Shown here in pieces: positions 26,510 through 41,500 of a stretch of 64,000 nt of DNA; position 1 is the first letter of the stretch; each line of letters opens with the position of its first letter. The position numbers and the translations under genes are program-made. The DNA comes from Antedon mediterranea (lineage: Eukaryota > Animalia > Echinodermata), in the NCBI RefSeq assembly GCF_964355755.1, contig NC_092677.1, forward strand, positions 6,904,101-6,968,100. Direction: 5' to 3'. The notes beneath the pieces were generated by a model. It ran no database searches. It was not told the origin of the DNA and was given only the letters and a program-made list of their open reading frames with translations.

Positions 26510-29500
26510 TTAATCTGTAGGATGTTCTGGGCAGGACCGGTTCACCTCAAACCATGAGTCTATACATCTGTTAAAATAAACAAAATAATAAGTTAGTAAG
26601 TGTTCTCACGAAACAGGATTTACCGCAGACTGAATTGGCTCCAAACGGTATTAAAAATGGTCTAAGAAAACTATACATAAAATAAACACTTATCTACCCT
26701 GTAGATAGGTTTGGCCTAGCCAGAACAAGAGCAATCAAAGGCTATATTTTATTAATTGGATAAACAAAGTACAATATTATTTGATTTTTTTTTTGTATTA
26801 GATTAGTTACATTTTATCGTATATCATCAATAATTTGGTACTTAGCTAGATTTCTATATTGGGAGAACTTTGTTTCTGTCTGTACGTCATTAGGGCTATT
26901 CATTCATTAAATCTTTTATTTTGGAATCTCTGGTCCATAGAAAGTATAAATATGCATTAATTTGTTTTAATATTTATATTATGTTACTCATTCTATTCTT
27001 CGAGCTGATACCATTTCATCACATATACTGTACATGACATTGAATGTAATTTGAAAGAGAAAATATGACAGGATGACGGATTAAAAAAAATGAATTTATT
27101 TTATAATGTAAACATGTTTATGCAGGAACTTAAGATGATTTATAAGTGGATAAATAGCGATTTGAACTCTTTGGTTAAAAACAAGATGAAGAGCAGCTGG
27201 TCCCTAAACCACAGGAAACACTGTAGACCATAATACTATACTGTACTATGTGGAGAAGAAGATGATAAACAGTTCCTCCATTTTGCTGCGTAAGCTAATT
27301 TAACTTAATGTTATCGAAAAGATACTGAAAAGCTCTGGTAATACAGTAAAATAACTGGTACAGTACTATATGGACATTCTATAAAACTGGTAGATAAAAT
27401 GTATGTGTCAGTACCTGTGATCCTCTATGGTATTGGTACCCTCACAGGTTCTAATCTAAATGTTTTTCTTTTTTCAATTGAAATGTACACGATTTAAATT
27501 GTGCTAATTTGTTCTCTTTTATTTGATATTAACTGCTTAAATCCACAAATGTATTTAATTTATAACAGTCGCCTATCTTTTCCTATGCCATGAGTCTTGA
27601 CAGTGATGTTTTAAAATATTTAGGGTTGCAACTAACTTTGTAAATATGAAACAGAGTTGTAAATTTCCAGATACAACTCCTAAATATTTTTTGTATATTA
27701 ATTTTCGTTATTCATCAAGGTCTCAGACTAGAGAAAAGTTGTATGTACCAAAATATAGAACAAACATAGGACAACATTCCATCAAGTATTCTGGTGCAAA
27801 GCTCTGGAATGAAATCCCAGATGATTTAAGGTTTCTAACAAAAAGCAAATTCAAAAAAGAAATGAAAACATACTATTTGTTTGTATAGTGATATTTATTT
27901 ATTTTATAAGAGAATTATATTGTATATATTTGAGAGAAAGTGTATTTAAAAAAAAAAAAATGTTTATGTATATTAATTTTATTTTAGACAAGTAGCCCTA
28001 ATTTATTTATATAACTATTTATACTTCAATGTTTAGGGGCTGAACTTGATTAGTTTTAACTATTTTTTAGCCCTTCCCTTGATATAATTATTATTATTTG
28101 TATATTATTACAATGTTTATAATTTATATTTATGGGTAAATAAAGAAAGAAGAAAGAAAGAAAGAAATAAACCCTAAAATACCCAATTTGCAAGAAAATA
28201 TGATATGATGACCTTTGAATAAAAAGTTTTACGGAAGACTCCTACAAAACTTACTGTAAAAATGTATCATGTACCAAATTTAAATGTAAAAATATAGCAC
28301 CAGTACATTTTATTTACAGGACAATTAATAAGGTAATAATGGTCATTAAATAAGCATCCTTGCCATTGAAAGTGACTGAATGCAATAAAGGTCAATAAAG
28401 ATTGTTTCGGAAAGGTCATTATTTGATCAATAATTATCTCTGTCCAGGAAGTAAAAAATAATCAATACTAAGACTATCTCTGTTTTATGAGCCAGGTTCT
28501 GACTACATTTACTGTGGCACTTGGCATAATGCTTAGATAGAAAAAATGTTGCCAAGCAATGTACAGTACGGTACTGTTTTTTCTACAGTACTTCTTTATG
28601 ATCTTTTTTATAGCATATTTATAATTATTATAATGTATGTATAATGTTTGAAATGGGGGTTAGCCTTTAAGTTCTTTAACTTTGACCTCCATCCACACTC
28701 ATGTTTCTTTTAATCTAATTTATAATTAATGTATGTTTTATAAGAATGTACAATATGATGTGTTTCTATTTTTTTAAATGGGTTGCTTTTGGTAGGATGT
28801 TTCAGGAAATGTTTCTTACGGTTTGTGGTAAATACAAAGACATGGTAGACGAGCTATAGTGTTTCCTTCCAACATATCGTCTAGACAAATAGAACATTCT
28901 CCTTGGTCACTTGTTAACACATCATCTATAAAATACAATAAATAACAACATTGTAAATGTTGGTCTTAGGATTACTGGAAATTTTACCTGCCTGCCGAGA
29001 TTAGCAAAAGCACTCATCCTCATATTCACAAGTAGGGAGAGCGATATTTTGCATAGATTGACGTTTTCAATGTACAGTATTTGACTTGTTTTAAACTCAT
29101 CAAAAATTATCTCACTGAATCGGCATTTCAATGTTTACCAGAGGTGCCTCGCACATTCTAGGCACTAATCAGATGTAATTATGTATTAAATACAGAAATA
29201 ATCTTCTAAAAACACAATTCATTAAACATGGGTTTGAAAAACATTTTAATCTAAAATCAAAAATAAATCCTTTTCTTTTTATTAATATTTGGGAGATTGG
29301 ATGAAAATTCGGGAGGCCCCGAAGAAATCGGGAGGGTTGGAATGTCTGAAATTGTCCCCTTAATAGTGAATCTACTGTATTTGTAACAGTGTGTCTTTCA
29401 TGATCTAATTGGTATCATGTGACCTAAGAAGCTGGGCACTACAAACTTATTCAGTTTTTGATAAGATTGTTGCTATGGTAATACATTAATTGGCTCTGGA

Positions 29501-32500
29501 AATGTTTAGGTAAAAGCACTATTAAAATGCAGTAATTGATCAATTTGCAGCAAGGCCATTGGTTAATCTTGTGACCTTTTAATATTGAAGGTCACAAGCA
29601 CTTTATTAATATTTTAATAATTCGTCAATGTATTGCTTTTATTAATATTTTTAGTAATTCTGATTATGGATAAACTCTGGTCGTAAGTGTAAGTGTCACT
29701 TAGTTGAGAAAAAAAATCTGACCTGGGAGTTGTGGTCTGAGCTATGAGATTAACCATGTTAACCACCAAGCTACAGTTCCACTGCCTCATTTAAAATTAC
29801 TGACTGCCTTAAAAAATGCATATTGTTAATAACTGACTATTGATTTTATTGTTACTATTTTTAGTGATAAAATATGGAAAATGTTAACAATAATAATTTT
29901 GTTACAATATTATTCCATTGGTCTTTGCTATTCACTAATTCATTAAATGTCATAGTGACTTTTCAGACATACTGTAATAATAATAATAATAACAGGATTT
30001 TTATAGCGCACATACCACTCAAGAGTGCTCAAGGCAGATTTGAAATCCGGAAAACCTACAGTATTAAGGGGACACTCAATAGGGGTGTCTTCTGAATAGG
30101 GGTTGGCCAAGTGTTAACAAATAAATATTGCCCCTAAAAAGTGTCATCTTAACAGAGTATGCTCACAAACCATTTACCATGACAATTTAAGAATATAATT
30201 TTTTCTTCCTTGTACTAACAGCTTGTTTACATACAAACTCTTCAAAGGTTTCCTGTCAAAAGTTGGATTAAATTCAAGATCATCACGATTAATAGTTATA
30301 ATGCCTGAAAGCCCAAAAATACTTGACTGAAAACTATAGTAAGGTCTTGCGTTGTCGTGCTTTAGTTAACCAATGAAGGTTAACCAAAAATTTATTTTTT
30401 TGTGGCACATAGCACAACAGGTATATCAAATAAAATTAGCAAACATTACTCAACTTTAACTCAGATCAGACATAAGCCTACTGTACTTGAGTCGTATGGT
30501 TTGGTAACTTACCAACCAAATATTAAGTTTTGCCATAATGCATGCTTCATTACCATTTTCACCAGTCAAGTCAAGCAATTTGGCTAAGACAGTGGGCGCT
30601 GCAAACCGGAGCAATACAATTTGCACAGATTCCTGGCTCTCCTCAACTATATTCTAGGTGGAAGTCTTCATGGATAAGGTCAGGACTTAGAAATTGAGGT
30701 CCACTGTGCAGTTTAAATAGATAATACAAACTCCAGTGTACTGGTCCATCACAGCCCCTGTTGTTTGGTAGGCACTGCACTGTAACTTCTGTGGGACTGT
30801 AGAGGACTTAATCTAAATTTCCTCAATTTGAGGATGAAAATCATCAAATATTATATAAGTACATACCATTATATACAATTCTAGGTTTGGTAAGACACAT
30901 CACAAGGTGACATTCCACATCATCTGACGGAATCATCTTTGAACAGACAGGACATTTAAAACCTGAAACAAAACAAAAATGAATTCAGAATTATAATTAT
31001 TGTTTCACAAAATAAATTACAGTTACACAAACCAAAAGTGGTGTAGCTTTACCTGGATAAACCGAAATTAGCCTATTCTCTCAGAAAGAAAAGCTACAAC
31101 TCGAATATATATAAAATGTTATCCCTATGGAGATAATGGTACATTCCGTGAATCCTGCCTTCAAGTGGGAGCATTCTAACACAAAATCATCATCATTGAA
31201 TGAGACGCTTGTCTTTGCGGGGATGGTGTGGTGTTTTAAATTGAATAATATGCTTGCAAACCATGTTCTCCAGAATACTGTAGAGCCTCCTCATATGGGA
31301 CACTCCAATCCAGGGGACACTTTTCAGGTTAAAATAAGAGGAAAAGATGCAGTAGAAAGAGCTCCTCCCTTTTGGAGACCCTATTCAAAGGACATCCCAT
31401 AAAAGGCCAATACATGTTTTTTAACAATATGGCCAATCCTTAGTATTAACAGAACACTTTGGAGGGTCTTAATCAAAGGTGTCCCCTTTTAGGAGTTCCC
31501 TAATAAGGGAAGCTTTGGAGGATCTCAATAGTTTTCCTGTATTCTAAAACTACAAAAGCAACCACTATCCATAAATTATTGCAAAAAAAGTGCCCCAATT
31601 TGAAATCAATAAGGCTCAATATAGTTAGGATGTTGTTATGGCCTTGAAATGTGTCACATTGCATCAAATATAGTGCAATAAATGCCATAATTTGATGTCC
31701 ATGTAAAATCTTATTATCCACAAAAAGTTTTCATGGATTAATTAAGGGATTCGTGATAAGACATTTAAAACAGTACTGTAGGTTGAGGAGGTTAAAGCTA
31801 CGTTCACCCTGAGACCGTCGGATTCGGTTCAGTGATCAGAGAAAACTTAAGAGGTGTGTTTTACATTTTTTTATGGAAATGAAATGTTTCTCAGTGCGAA
31901 CAGTTCTATTCTATTATAACTATTTTTAGTTAGAGTAGGAGCATTCCACTAAAAATTCTTCATAATCAAACTTTATACTATATATTGACATGATGATGTC
32001 ATATCACTACAATATTTGGGCATATCACTACAATATTTGGGCATATCACTAGAATATTTGGGCATATCACTACCATAATTAGGCACATCACATTTTTTTT
32101 GTCAAACTAGTTAAGTACAGAACTGCACTTTTATGCCAAAAATATTTCCTGCCACCAAAAATAACCAAATCCTCACAAAACTTTCCAAACAACCCAATCC
32201 TCACAAACCATCACTATTAATTTGCCTGTATTAATATCAACCAACATAAAGAATACAGAGTCCTGCAGACAAACATATGTTCAAATAAAACAAAGATTAA
32301 CATATTTATAATGTAGATTGATTATGGAGACCGCAAGGAATTGGTGTTCCCAATGGAACATTTTAATCATTAATATTAATATCTATACAGTTACTATATT
32401 TTACTATACAGCAATTTGTCCCCAATACATTTACATCATACCTTAAAAAATTCCAAAATAAATAGTAATCTTAATAATGTAGATTGATTATGGAGACCGC

Positions 32501-35500
32501 AAGGAATTGGTGTTCTCAATGGAACATTTTAATCATTAATATTAATATCTATACAGTTATATATTTTACTATACAGCAATTTGTCCCCAATACATTTACA
32601 TCATGCCTTAAAATTCCAAAATAAATACATGCATGAAAAATGATCATGCATGACCGAGCACAACACTATGGTAACAGTAATCACGCAAATGTTTGACAGT
32701 TACAGTATGTTCATGCATAATTCATAAGGTTGAACTTTGATTAACCTAGATACTTGTGTTTATTTACGTAAAATGACCTTCAATATTTGCTAATGGAAAT
32801 AGATTAACTCATTTAATCAACTGGTAAATGACAACGTTATTATATTCATAAATTATGGATTCACTCATACACCAAATATGAATATGGCTGTCGAGTGGTT
32901 TTTTAAAATCCAAAACATGAGATGGCTGATGCCATGGTGTAAAATAGCAACAAAAAAAGCTGTAACTACTCCAGGACAAATTTGTTCAACGGGTCAGGCA
33001 TTTCTGCCGGAGTCGGTTAGCCCGAATGCCTGAGTTTTTCTGAATTCTTCCTAATTCTACTGTAGGCACAAAGCATGATAATATGCAAAGGCATACAGTA
33101 TTTATATTGGGCTACTGTACTATCAAGAAACGGTATCTATATTCACTCCCTCCACCCAGGTGTACAAATGACACAACTTTGCGCTGATTACTACTATAGT
33201 TGCATTAAGGGAGAATGTTTCCATTCATGTTTGTTGATACAAAAATGACCGCTTATTATTTAACTTAAGCAGTGTTTAATATAGTACTGTATGTTTCTAG
33301 CAAATTAGCCAGTAAATCCACACATTAACGGACTTGCTTTGCTTTACTGGTAGGCCAATTATAAATAATCCCAAACCCGGTTAAAGCAGAAACATGGAAA
33401 AGATTTTTTTTTAAAATAAAATTGGAAACTGGGTTTAGTACAGAACATTCATAGTTTTACAGAGTTATACTGTAGGTTGATGACATCATCACAACACCTA
33501 GGTAACGCCCTTTGTAGTTCACCACCATCTCAAAGCACTCTTTCCATTTGAGTGGTTTTATTTATTCTACAGCTTAGTAATTGTCCTTATTTACATGAAT
33601 CAGGTACTGTAAAACTATATACTGTAGGTAAAATTTGCTACTAATAAACAGCTCAATACCATGAGTACAGTAGTACTTTCATTCAGTTATTACTGTTGTA
33701 AAGGTTTTACCATGATTTACCAGTGGCAATAGCATTGAACCTTAAACACTGGGCAGGGAGGCAGTGGTTACTGGGTTAGTAAAAATTAACAGTTGGCTCT
33801 AGTAATTCACCCCTGTGGGTACTGTACCTCTGCCAGCATTCGGATTGGACACGATTTGACCAAAAGTACAATGCGATCATGGTTTATTTTTAAAATGGTA
33901 TTCGATTTCAGAGAGGAGTGTCATTGTACTACAGTAGGACCACAGTAGGATCAAAGCTGATCTATTGCATGCACTCTTCCTGAACATGCAACTTATAGTA
34001 CTTACATGCATAGGAAGGTCATGTATATAACATTAAGATAGTACTATCAGTAGAGCATTTTGCTCATTTAAGACAGAAACTACATTAGTTACAATTCTTC
34101 TCTCTTACATATTTATTTATAAAGAAATGAAAAATGAAAATTAAATTAAATCTATTTAATGAAATAAACATTAAAATGCATACACTGCAGTATTCATATT
34201 GAATCAGAACAGTTTAAAATGATTAGGCTTTCTAGACAACATTCATTTTAATTAATATTTTTTTGTATTTTAATACTTTTAGTTTTTGACATCACTTAGT
34301 CACATTCCATGGTGGCCATGAAAACTTGCTTGATTCAATATTTAAGTTTTTAGTTTAATTAAATAATCAAATATTGATTAGTAAAAGCATCTGTAGTTTT
34401 TGTTTTAACTATAGAATTTTATTTGGTATATTATTATTACAGTACAGACTATTACAAATTAAAGTAATGTTTATGTCTTAATGAAAATCGTAGTTTAAAG
34501 CTTTTACTAATTGAAACATAAATTCATGATAAAGATTTTCTCTATGACTCAAGATGACTCCACAAAGCAACAAGACAAATTCATGAATAAATTTCTTTTA
34601 GGCATGACCATTCTTAAAAGGTTCAAACTTCTTTCCTGCTATGTGATGTGTATGCTAAAAACTTTGCTACTATAGACCAGTCAAAATGTATACTGTACAA
34701 AGCTTAAATTACAGTACACAATCAATAGCGGAACGTTCCCACACGAGGGCATGGTTTTTTATTACGAAAAAAACAATTATTAATATTAATTAAATATTAT
34801 TATTATTAATAATAATTAAAAGGGATGAATGCTCTTTCTTTTGAGGAGAATGGCCTGTCAGTTTATCCATGTAAACCTACTGTAGGCACGACGGTTGAAA
34901 TACAACATCAAAACGCCTACATTCACTGCCATACAAATCACTGTCAATTTGAGATGAGAATGACATGAAACAAATCTATTGCTAATAGAATCCGAGTATA
35001 ATCCACAAACTAAGTAATATTTACTTAATTTTGTAGTCAGGTCCAGGGGATTAAAGATTTGTAGGTCAAATACAGTACTACTTATTACAGTCTACAATTA
35101 ATGATATAAATATTTCATTTATGCATGGTCATCTCCGTTGACAGTTGACTGTGTATTCAGTTGCAATGAAACGTTTGTATTGGTTCAACTACTGTATGTG
35201 TATATACTATAATAAACCTTTGCTATGTATATAAGTGGACATAAAAACTCTACATTTTCATTAGAAGGAAGCAGACAGGGTCAACTAAAGAAGGAAATGG
35301 GCCATGATTATGTCACAAATAAGATTAAGCACCATTTTTAAAACTGACTATCATTTTTCGGAACCAAAAGAAAATTATTTTTCTTCATCATTCAGTATCC
35401 TGACACCACCTTTTTCAATACATTTCCAATTTAACAAGACAACACAAACTAGTGTTGGGATATGCCCACAGAAACAGGAGATTATTCTATTATAAATACT

Positions 35501-38500
35501 CAATGATTGTATCATGGCTACAGTATCTTCGGGTTACATTCTATTCTTTTTTTCAATTCAATTCTTTAAATTAACTTTAACTTTAAATTTGCTGAGAATT
35601 AAAGTTATTCTGGTAAATTTTTTATCACTCTAAAAAAAAACTGAAAATATTTATGTACAGTATTTGTAAGCCAACAATTTCTAAATTTGAACTAATCACA
35701 AAATCAACAAAACACATTGAAATATCTTTCTAGTTTATATAAAGCAGCAAGTTATTAAAAAAAATGGAATATATATTCACTTCCGTTTACCAGGATGTTA
35801 CTAAATACTGTACATAAACAGGATATTATTACAGCAGAAACGTTTCATATTAATGTAAATACTTGGAAGAGGGTCATAATGACATGATGTGGGTGTTAGT
35901 ACATATTAATAACTAAACTAATTTAAATGTTAATTGTCCTCATATTCCATGAATGAAGGAACAAGTCTGTGATGCAGGCATTGTGAAATAATGTATTAAC
36001 AACATTTTTGCTACTACTACTGTACAGTATGTTGCTGCACTGCGAAGACACAATTACAGTTGTTATATTACAAGGATATAAATTCTGAGAATGTGAGACG
36101 ATGATTCAGTTAACTGTACAAATTGATTCTGTTTATAAAGTAACAATCTACCTGAGCAGAATTTCTAAACTTATAATTTCGTTCCAATTCTCTTATTGTA
36201 AAATACATAATGAGATTGTGTTTATTCTCTTTTTCTGCCTTTGAGAGAGAGAGAATGTACTGTAAACTCTGTTCCAGATGACGAAGATCTACAGTACTAT
36301 AAACAAGATTAATAATTTGACACAGATTAGAAATCTAAGGATAAAAGTTAAAGCCTTGTTCGCACTGGACTGGAAAAACTCCAAGGTAACTTAACCCATG
36401 GCCATCCATAAATTTTACCATTGTTTGCAATTAGTTTTTAATAAGCATTATTTTACAAATATTTTGGGATATCTTGTACTGTACATGGACAGACAGACAA
36501 ATCAACTTTCTTGTTATTGTTTTGCGCGAACGGATATTTTTTCTATTTGTTGAACTCATAAAAATATTCCTACAATACATTCTCATTGTGCGTATACTGT
36601 AGTAAAATGAATACCAAAAAATAATGGAAAAATATCAATAAGAATTGGTTGTTATTATTAGTATTATGTAACCATGGTGACATAATCAATTAATCCTCAA
36701 GTGTAATGTTTTTCATTCTTTTGATGTATCCAATATCCAATGTAACTATTCATTACAAATAATAAGCTCATCATAGCCACAATCCACATGGTAGAAAGTA
36801 GAAGAAGGAAGGGGAATACAAATCAAATGAAGTACTTAATTACAAATAAATGAATTATACAGTAACCCCTAGCTCATCAATAAATGAACAAAATGAAGTT
36901 GGGTATGTACACTACTTTAGATGGTATTAGTACTGTACATGACTGGAGTAGTGGGCACAACTCCAACTGGCAATCCAATTGGCAGATCATTATTAATGTA
37001 GCTATATTGCCAATAGCCATGGGGGGGGGGGGGGGAGAAGGTCCTGCTCCACGGTGGTGCTGGGGCGGATCAAGACATTTTTGAGAGGGGGGGTCCGCCG
37101 ATAAAAAGGGCACATCAGATATTGAGTATTTGAGCCACAGCCCCCCCATGGTGGGGGTTGTGGCGAAGCGAATTTTGTTACAGAACACACTTAGATGGCC
37201 GGAAATGGCACTCTCGCATGCAAAATCCATGATAAATGGCACCTTTCTAGTTCGCCGGAAATGACACTTTATTAGCAGGGATAACGATGCAAAATTAAAA
37301 GTTGTTATTTTTCAACCAATTTAAACATTATCTGTTGGTATTTTGTTTCAATATTCCAATAAAGAAAGAATTACGAAAATCTGACTTGTTGTAGTTTTCG
37401 AAATATAGGGTCTAAAACATTGCCGAAAATGATCGTTTTTAGCCACGAACGTTGTAAACAAATTGCGCCATTTTTCGCTAAAATAATTACATATAATTAC
37501 GTTTTATAGTAATTTCTTTTATATATCAACATTGGAAATATCAATAAAATATGTTATTAAATGTTTATAAAATATATAGAGTTGTTTATTTAACGGAATT
37601 CGTACAAATTCATTGCTCTAAATTTGTGTCGTACCGTTCAGTACAGAGAGATCACGTGACTTCTTGGTACACGCGAGAGAGAGAAAACATTCCGCTGTGG
37701 GTGATTCGCGTCCACCAATCAAATAGCCAGAATCCAAAATCATTCAAACGTGAGTTCTGCCGAACGCGGGAAGCGTTCGCGGGAAAGCTCAGCTTTGATT
37801 GGCTTACGATGACATTATATCACAAAATGGTGGTTTTGTAGTTGAGCCTCACGTAATTTTCACAAATATTGTTTAAAAAATGAAACCTTCTTTATGGTAT
37901 GTGTGATTTTTCTTTAAAAGATTTGAATAATAAAGGCTTCATATCGATTTTTTTGGCACTTATAATAGGTATCCCAATGAAAAAATTCAGATTAATTTTT
38001 TTACATTTTCTTTCAGTTAACCACAAAGAACTTAATGTAATTAGCATTTTGCGATTTAAATGATTGAAATCCGATTACCCGTTCTAAAGTTATGGTTATT
38101 TAAAGTGGTAAAAAAATATACGATTTTTTGCCTAAAAATGGTGTTTTTTGCAGTTGAAATTGGAAGCATTTTTAAAAGGTTATAACTTTTACAATAATTA
38201 GTTAAAAGTTTTGAATTTTGTTAAACCTATAGATATCACAGAGTTGTACAACTCTATTTTTTTTGGAGCCTCAACGAAACTTATTTTTTAAATTATTGGT
38301 CCGCAAAGTGGTAGGAAAGCATTTAACGCCCATTTTTGCTGGAATTCCCTAAAAAATGAAAAAACTGCTATTTTTCAATGATCTGTAACTTTTGAACTAC
38401 TGTACTAATTCATTTAATTTTTTTTGTACTTGTTAGAATGTAGTGTATATTTCATTAATAAATATATTTTAGATGTGTATATGAAAAAAAAAAATTTTTT

Positions 38501-41500
38501 TAATGGTGAAATTTAAAATTATAAAAATAAAAAATGAAAAAGTATGTTAAAAACGGTGTGTACTGTTTCCTTTCTTTTACACTAATTTTCGGTAAGTATA
38601 ATTATTAGAATATTTTAATATACTTTATATTTATAATTTCAATCATAAATACTATTATATATAACTTTTGAATACGTAAAACAAGATTTTAGGCCCATAT
38701 GATTATGACACCAAATCTAAGCCGGGCTGCTAAGTAAGATATGCTCTTTTAAGGCAAACGCACAATATGGGTCAAAATAAACTCATTTAAAATAATCAAT
38801 GTTAATTAAAACAATTAATTGTTTACCTGAATAGTATATATAACATTATAAAAATTGTTTTCTTTTCGTATTATTACGTTATTAAATTGAAATACGGAGC
38901 TAAAGTTTAGGCCAAGTCACGGCTTACTCGCGATCAGTAGTCGCTCCGTTAAAGTATTTCGGTCGCAGTTAATGACTTTCGGCCGCCGTCTACAGAGTCA
39001 AATGTAACGTTGGTAAATTAGCTTAATAAATTTCCTCGGTACATTTTAACCTAACGCATTTGCATTGTATACTTGCATAATAAATCTTCCGCACATTACA
39101 TCAATTTTAAGTTGTTAAATTAATGTGTAAAACCAGATATTCTACGACGGAAAAGGACATGTCAATCTCCGACATCGCTGCTGTCACACATCTCGCGTCG
39201 AGCCGGTCGAACTCGAGCGAGGAAAACTAAACAACGTGTTCAAAATATGGAACGTACCATTCGCTGATAGGGTGCATTAATGTATTTAACGGAAAACGCC
39301 ACAACAAACACGCGCGTATTTTAGAGTACAATATTTTACTCACTACAATATTCACCGGATTATAATGGTTGGATCTTTAAAATTTTGAACGGGATTTACG
39401 CCTCATGCACCATTTTAAAATGTAGTTCGCTCAATTACCATGCACAATACGTTTGTAAACTATGTTTTATCGATTTCAATGTAGATTTAGCTATAATTTA
39501 ATACCAAAATCCATAATATTTTTCCATAAACGGTGAATCAAAATTGGATTTTTGTCACAAAAATTGACTTTTCGTTACGAAAAACCTATTTATAGAAGAC
39601 GATTTTCGTATCAAATTAAAGCTTATTTAAAGCCTGATAACATACAACAAAAATTAATCCGCTAGCTCCAATGGTAATCGTGCGATCGTGTTTTGAAAAC
39701 TGATGGGGATTTTCCGATGAGGTTTTCAACGCGCGGAAATCGGCTCGACGGGATTTTAGAACCGTTTTAAAATCGCATTTTCTCGGCAACTAATTCATTA
39801 ATTTTAATTATAAACACACTTATACATAGATTAAAACAAGTACTTTCAAACAATATAAATTTTGTAAGTATTAATTAAGATTGAATACGATTTATTTAAC
39901 ATCAAAGTCATACTACTTTTTCGAATTTCGTCAATATTTCAAAAGTGATACCCCTCTGTGCGCTTTCATTGGGATACCTACTTATAATAAATATTTCTCA
40001 GAGAAAAAAGCACATGGCTTGTAGAACTATATTATCTTGGCGTAGGAAGACAAACAAATCCCAGGTCATGAGAGGCTCAACTACAAAAACAAGGTTGAAT
40101 AGTGCAGGGAGTTGATTTTACAACTCCCTGAATAGTGTAAGGACCGTTCGATGATTTTTGAGTAAACAATCTACCGCGTATGGTCGTACGCGCTAGATAG
40201 TACGATATTTTAACTACATTTTTTACATGTTTGGTTGGATGTAATGGAAATAAAAAATAGTTGATCTGATGGAATGATATGTAAATAAACAAATACTCAA
40301 AAGAATTATGTTTACAGTTCAATTATTTTCAGAATAATAATACATAAAAATGTGTTTACCAATGGACAAATAATCGCGTCAATGACATAGCGCGCATGGT
40401 AACGTACGCGGAGTTGAATCGTAACAAGTTTACATGCGCCCTCTGTAGTATGTGAAACGATCTATTTTTAGAAGTTTAAGTAGAGATCATCACGCGTCAC
40501 CACCTCTCACGATGCTCTTTGATCGGCCGCCGTAACTTTAACATCGCGCTCATTGTGATAAATTTCTGTTTTTATTTTTGGGGTTAGTGTAGCCTACTCT
40601 GTGCATACTAATATACACACAAATATGTCACACGAATACAATATTGAACCTCTAAAAAAAGGGCACCCTTAAAATTTAGGGGGGGTTCCGGACCCCATGG
40701 ACCCCCCCTCTGGATCCGCCCCAGGTGGTGGTAGCTGTGTGTGATTGTGTCAAGAAGTCTAAAACGCTTGTATAACCTCTGGAATATACTGTATGCATAC
40801 AATGTTCAACCGTATACAATTTAGTTTTGAAAATACATTATAAATTATAAATTGTTCATTGCACATACAAAGCACAAATATGGCTCATGATGAAACCAAA
40901 ACCGTAAAAATAATACAGAAATAATAAAGTGATTCTACAGTATAGTTTACAAAATGTAACTTCCTGGTCCTAATATTTATCCTCTTTAATCAGTTTCAAA
41001 CAATAAGTATTTCCCCTAAAAATCACAAAAAAACAGGAAAGAAGAATAAAAAAAAAACCATACGGTTCAATAATAGTATGTAAAAGTGAGGAAACATACT
41101 GTAATGTCAAGGAAATAGTTTGATTTAGTAAAGCTTAAAAAAGCTTGATACTGAAAATTGTATATCTTGTGCTGGTTTTGTTATCGTTTACATCAAACAA
41201 ATGTGTGTCTGCTAATCTATGCTAATGTAATATCTTATCCACAAACCTCCCAACTCTCATAACAACCTCAAGAGCTTCCAAATATTTCATGTCATCTCCC
41301 ACCAGGGAAAAATTTTGTTTAGCAATATTGCTAATCAAACTGATTTTTAAGTGGAGAAACATAGTTTTGTATTGTATTTTTTGCTACACAATTTTAGAAA
41401 TGTTTAGCAATAAGGTTGTTTTGTATAGCTTTTTGCTATGCTACACTGGCGAAAATGTTCCCTGCCCAATCTCTTTGTACATTTACTTCATGCATCAAAA

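Noticed and set aside
36877-37242. 121-aa Pro-rich ORF
   Set aside because: Produced by a poly-G tract and the GC-rich end of a transposon.
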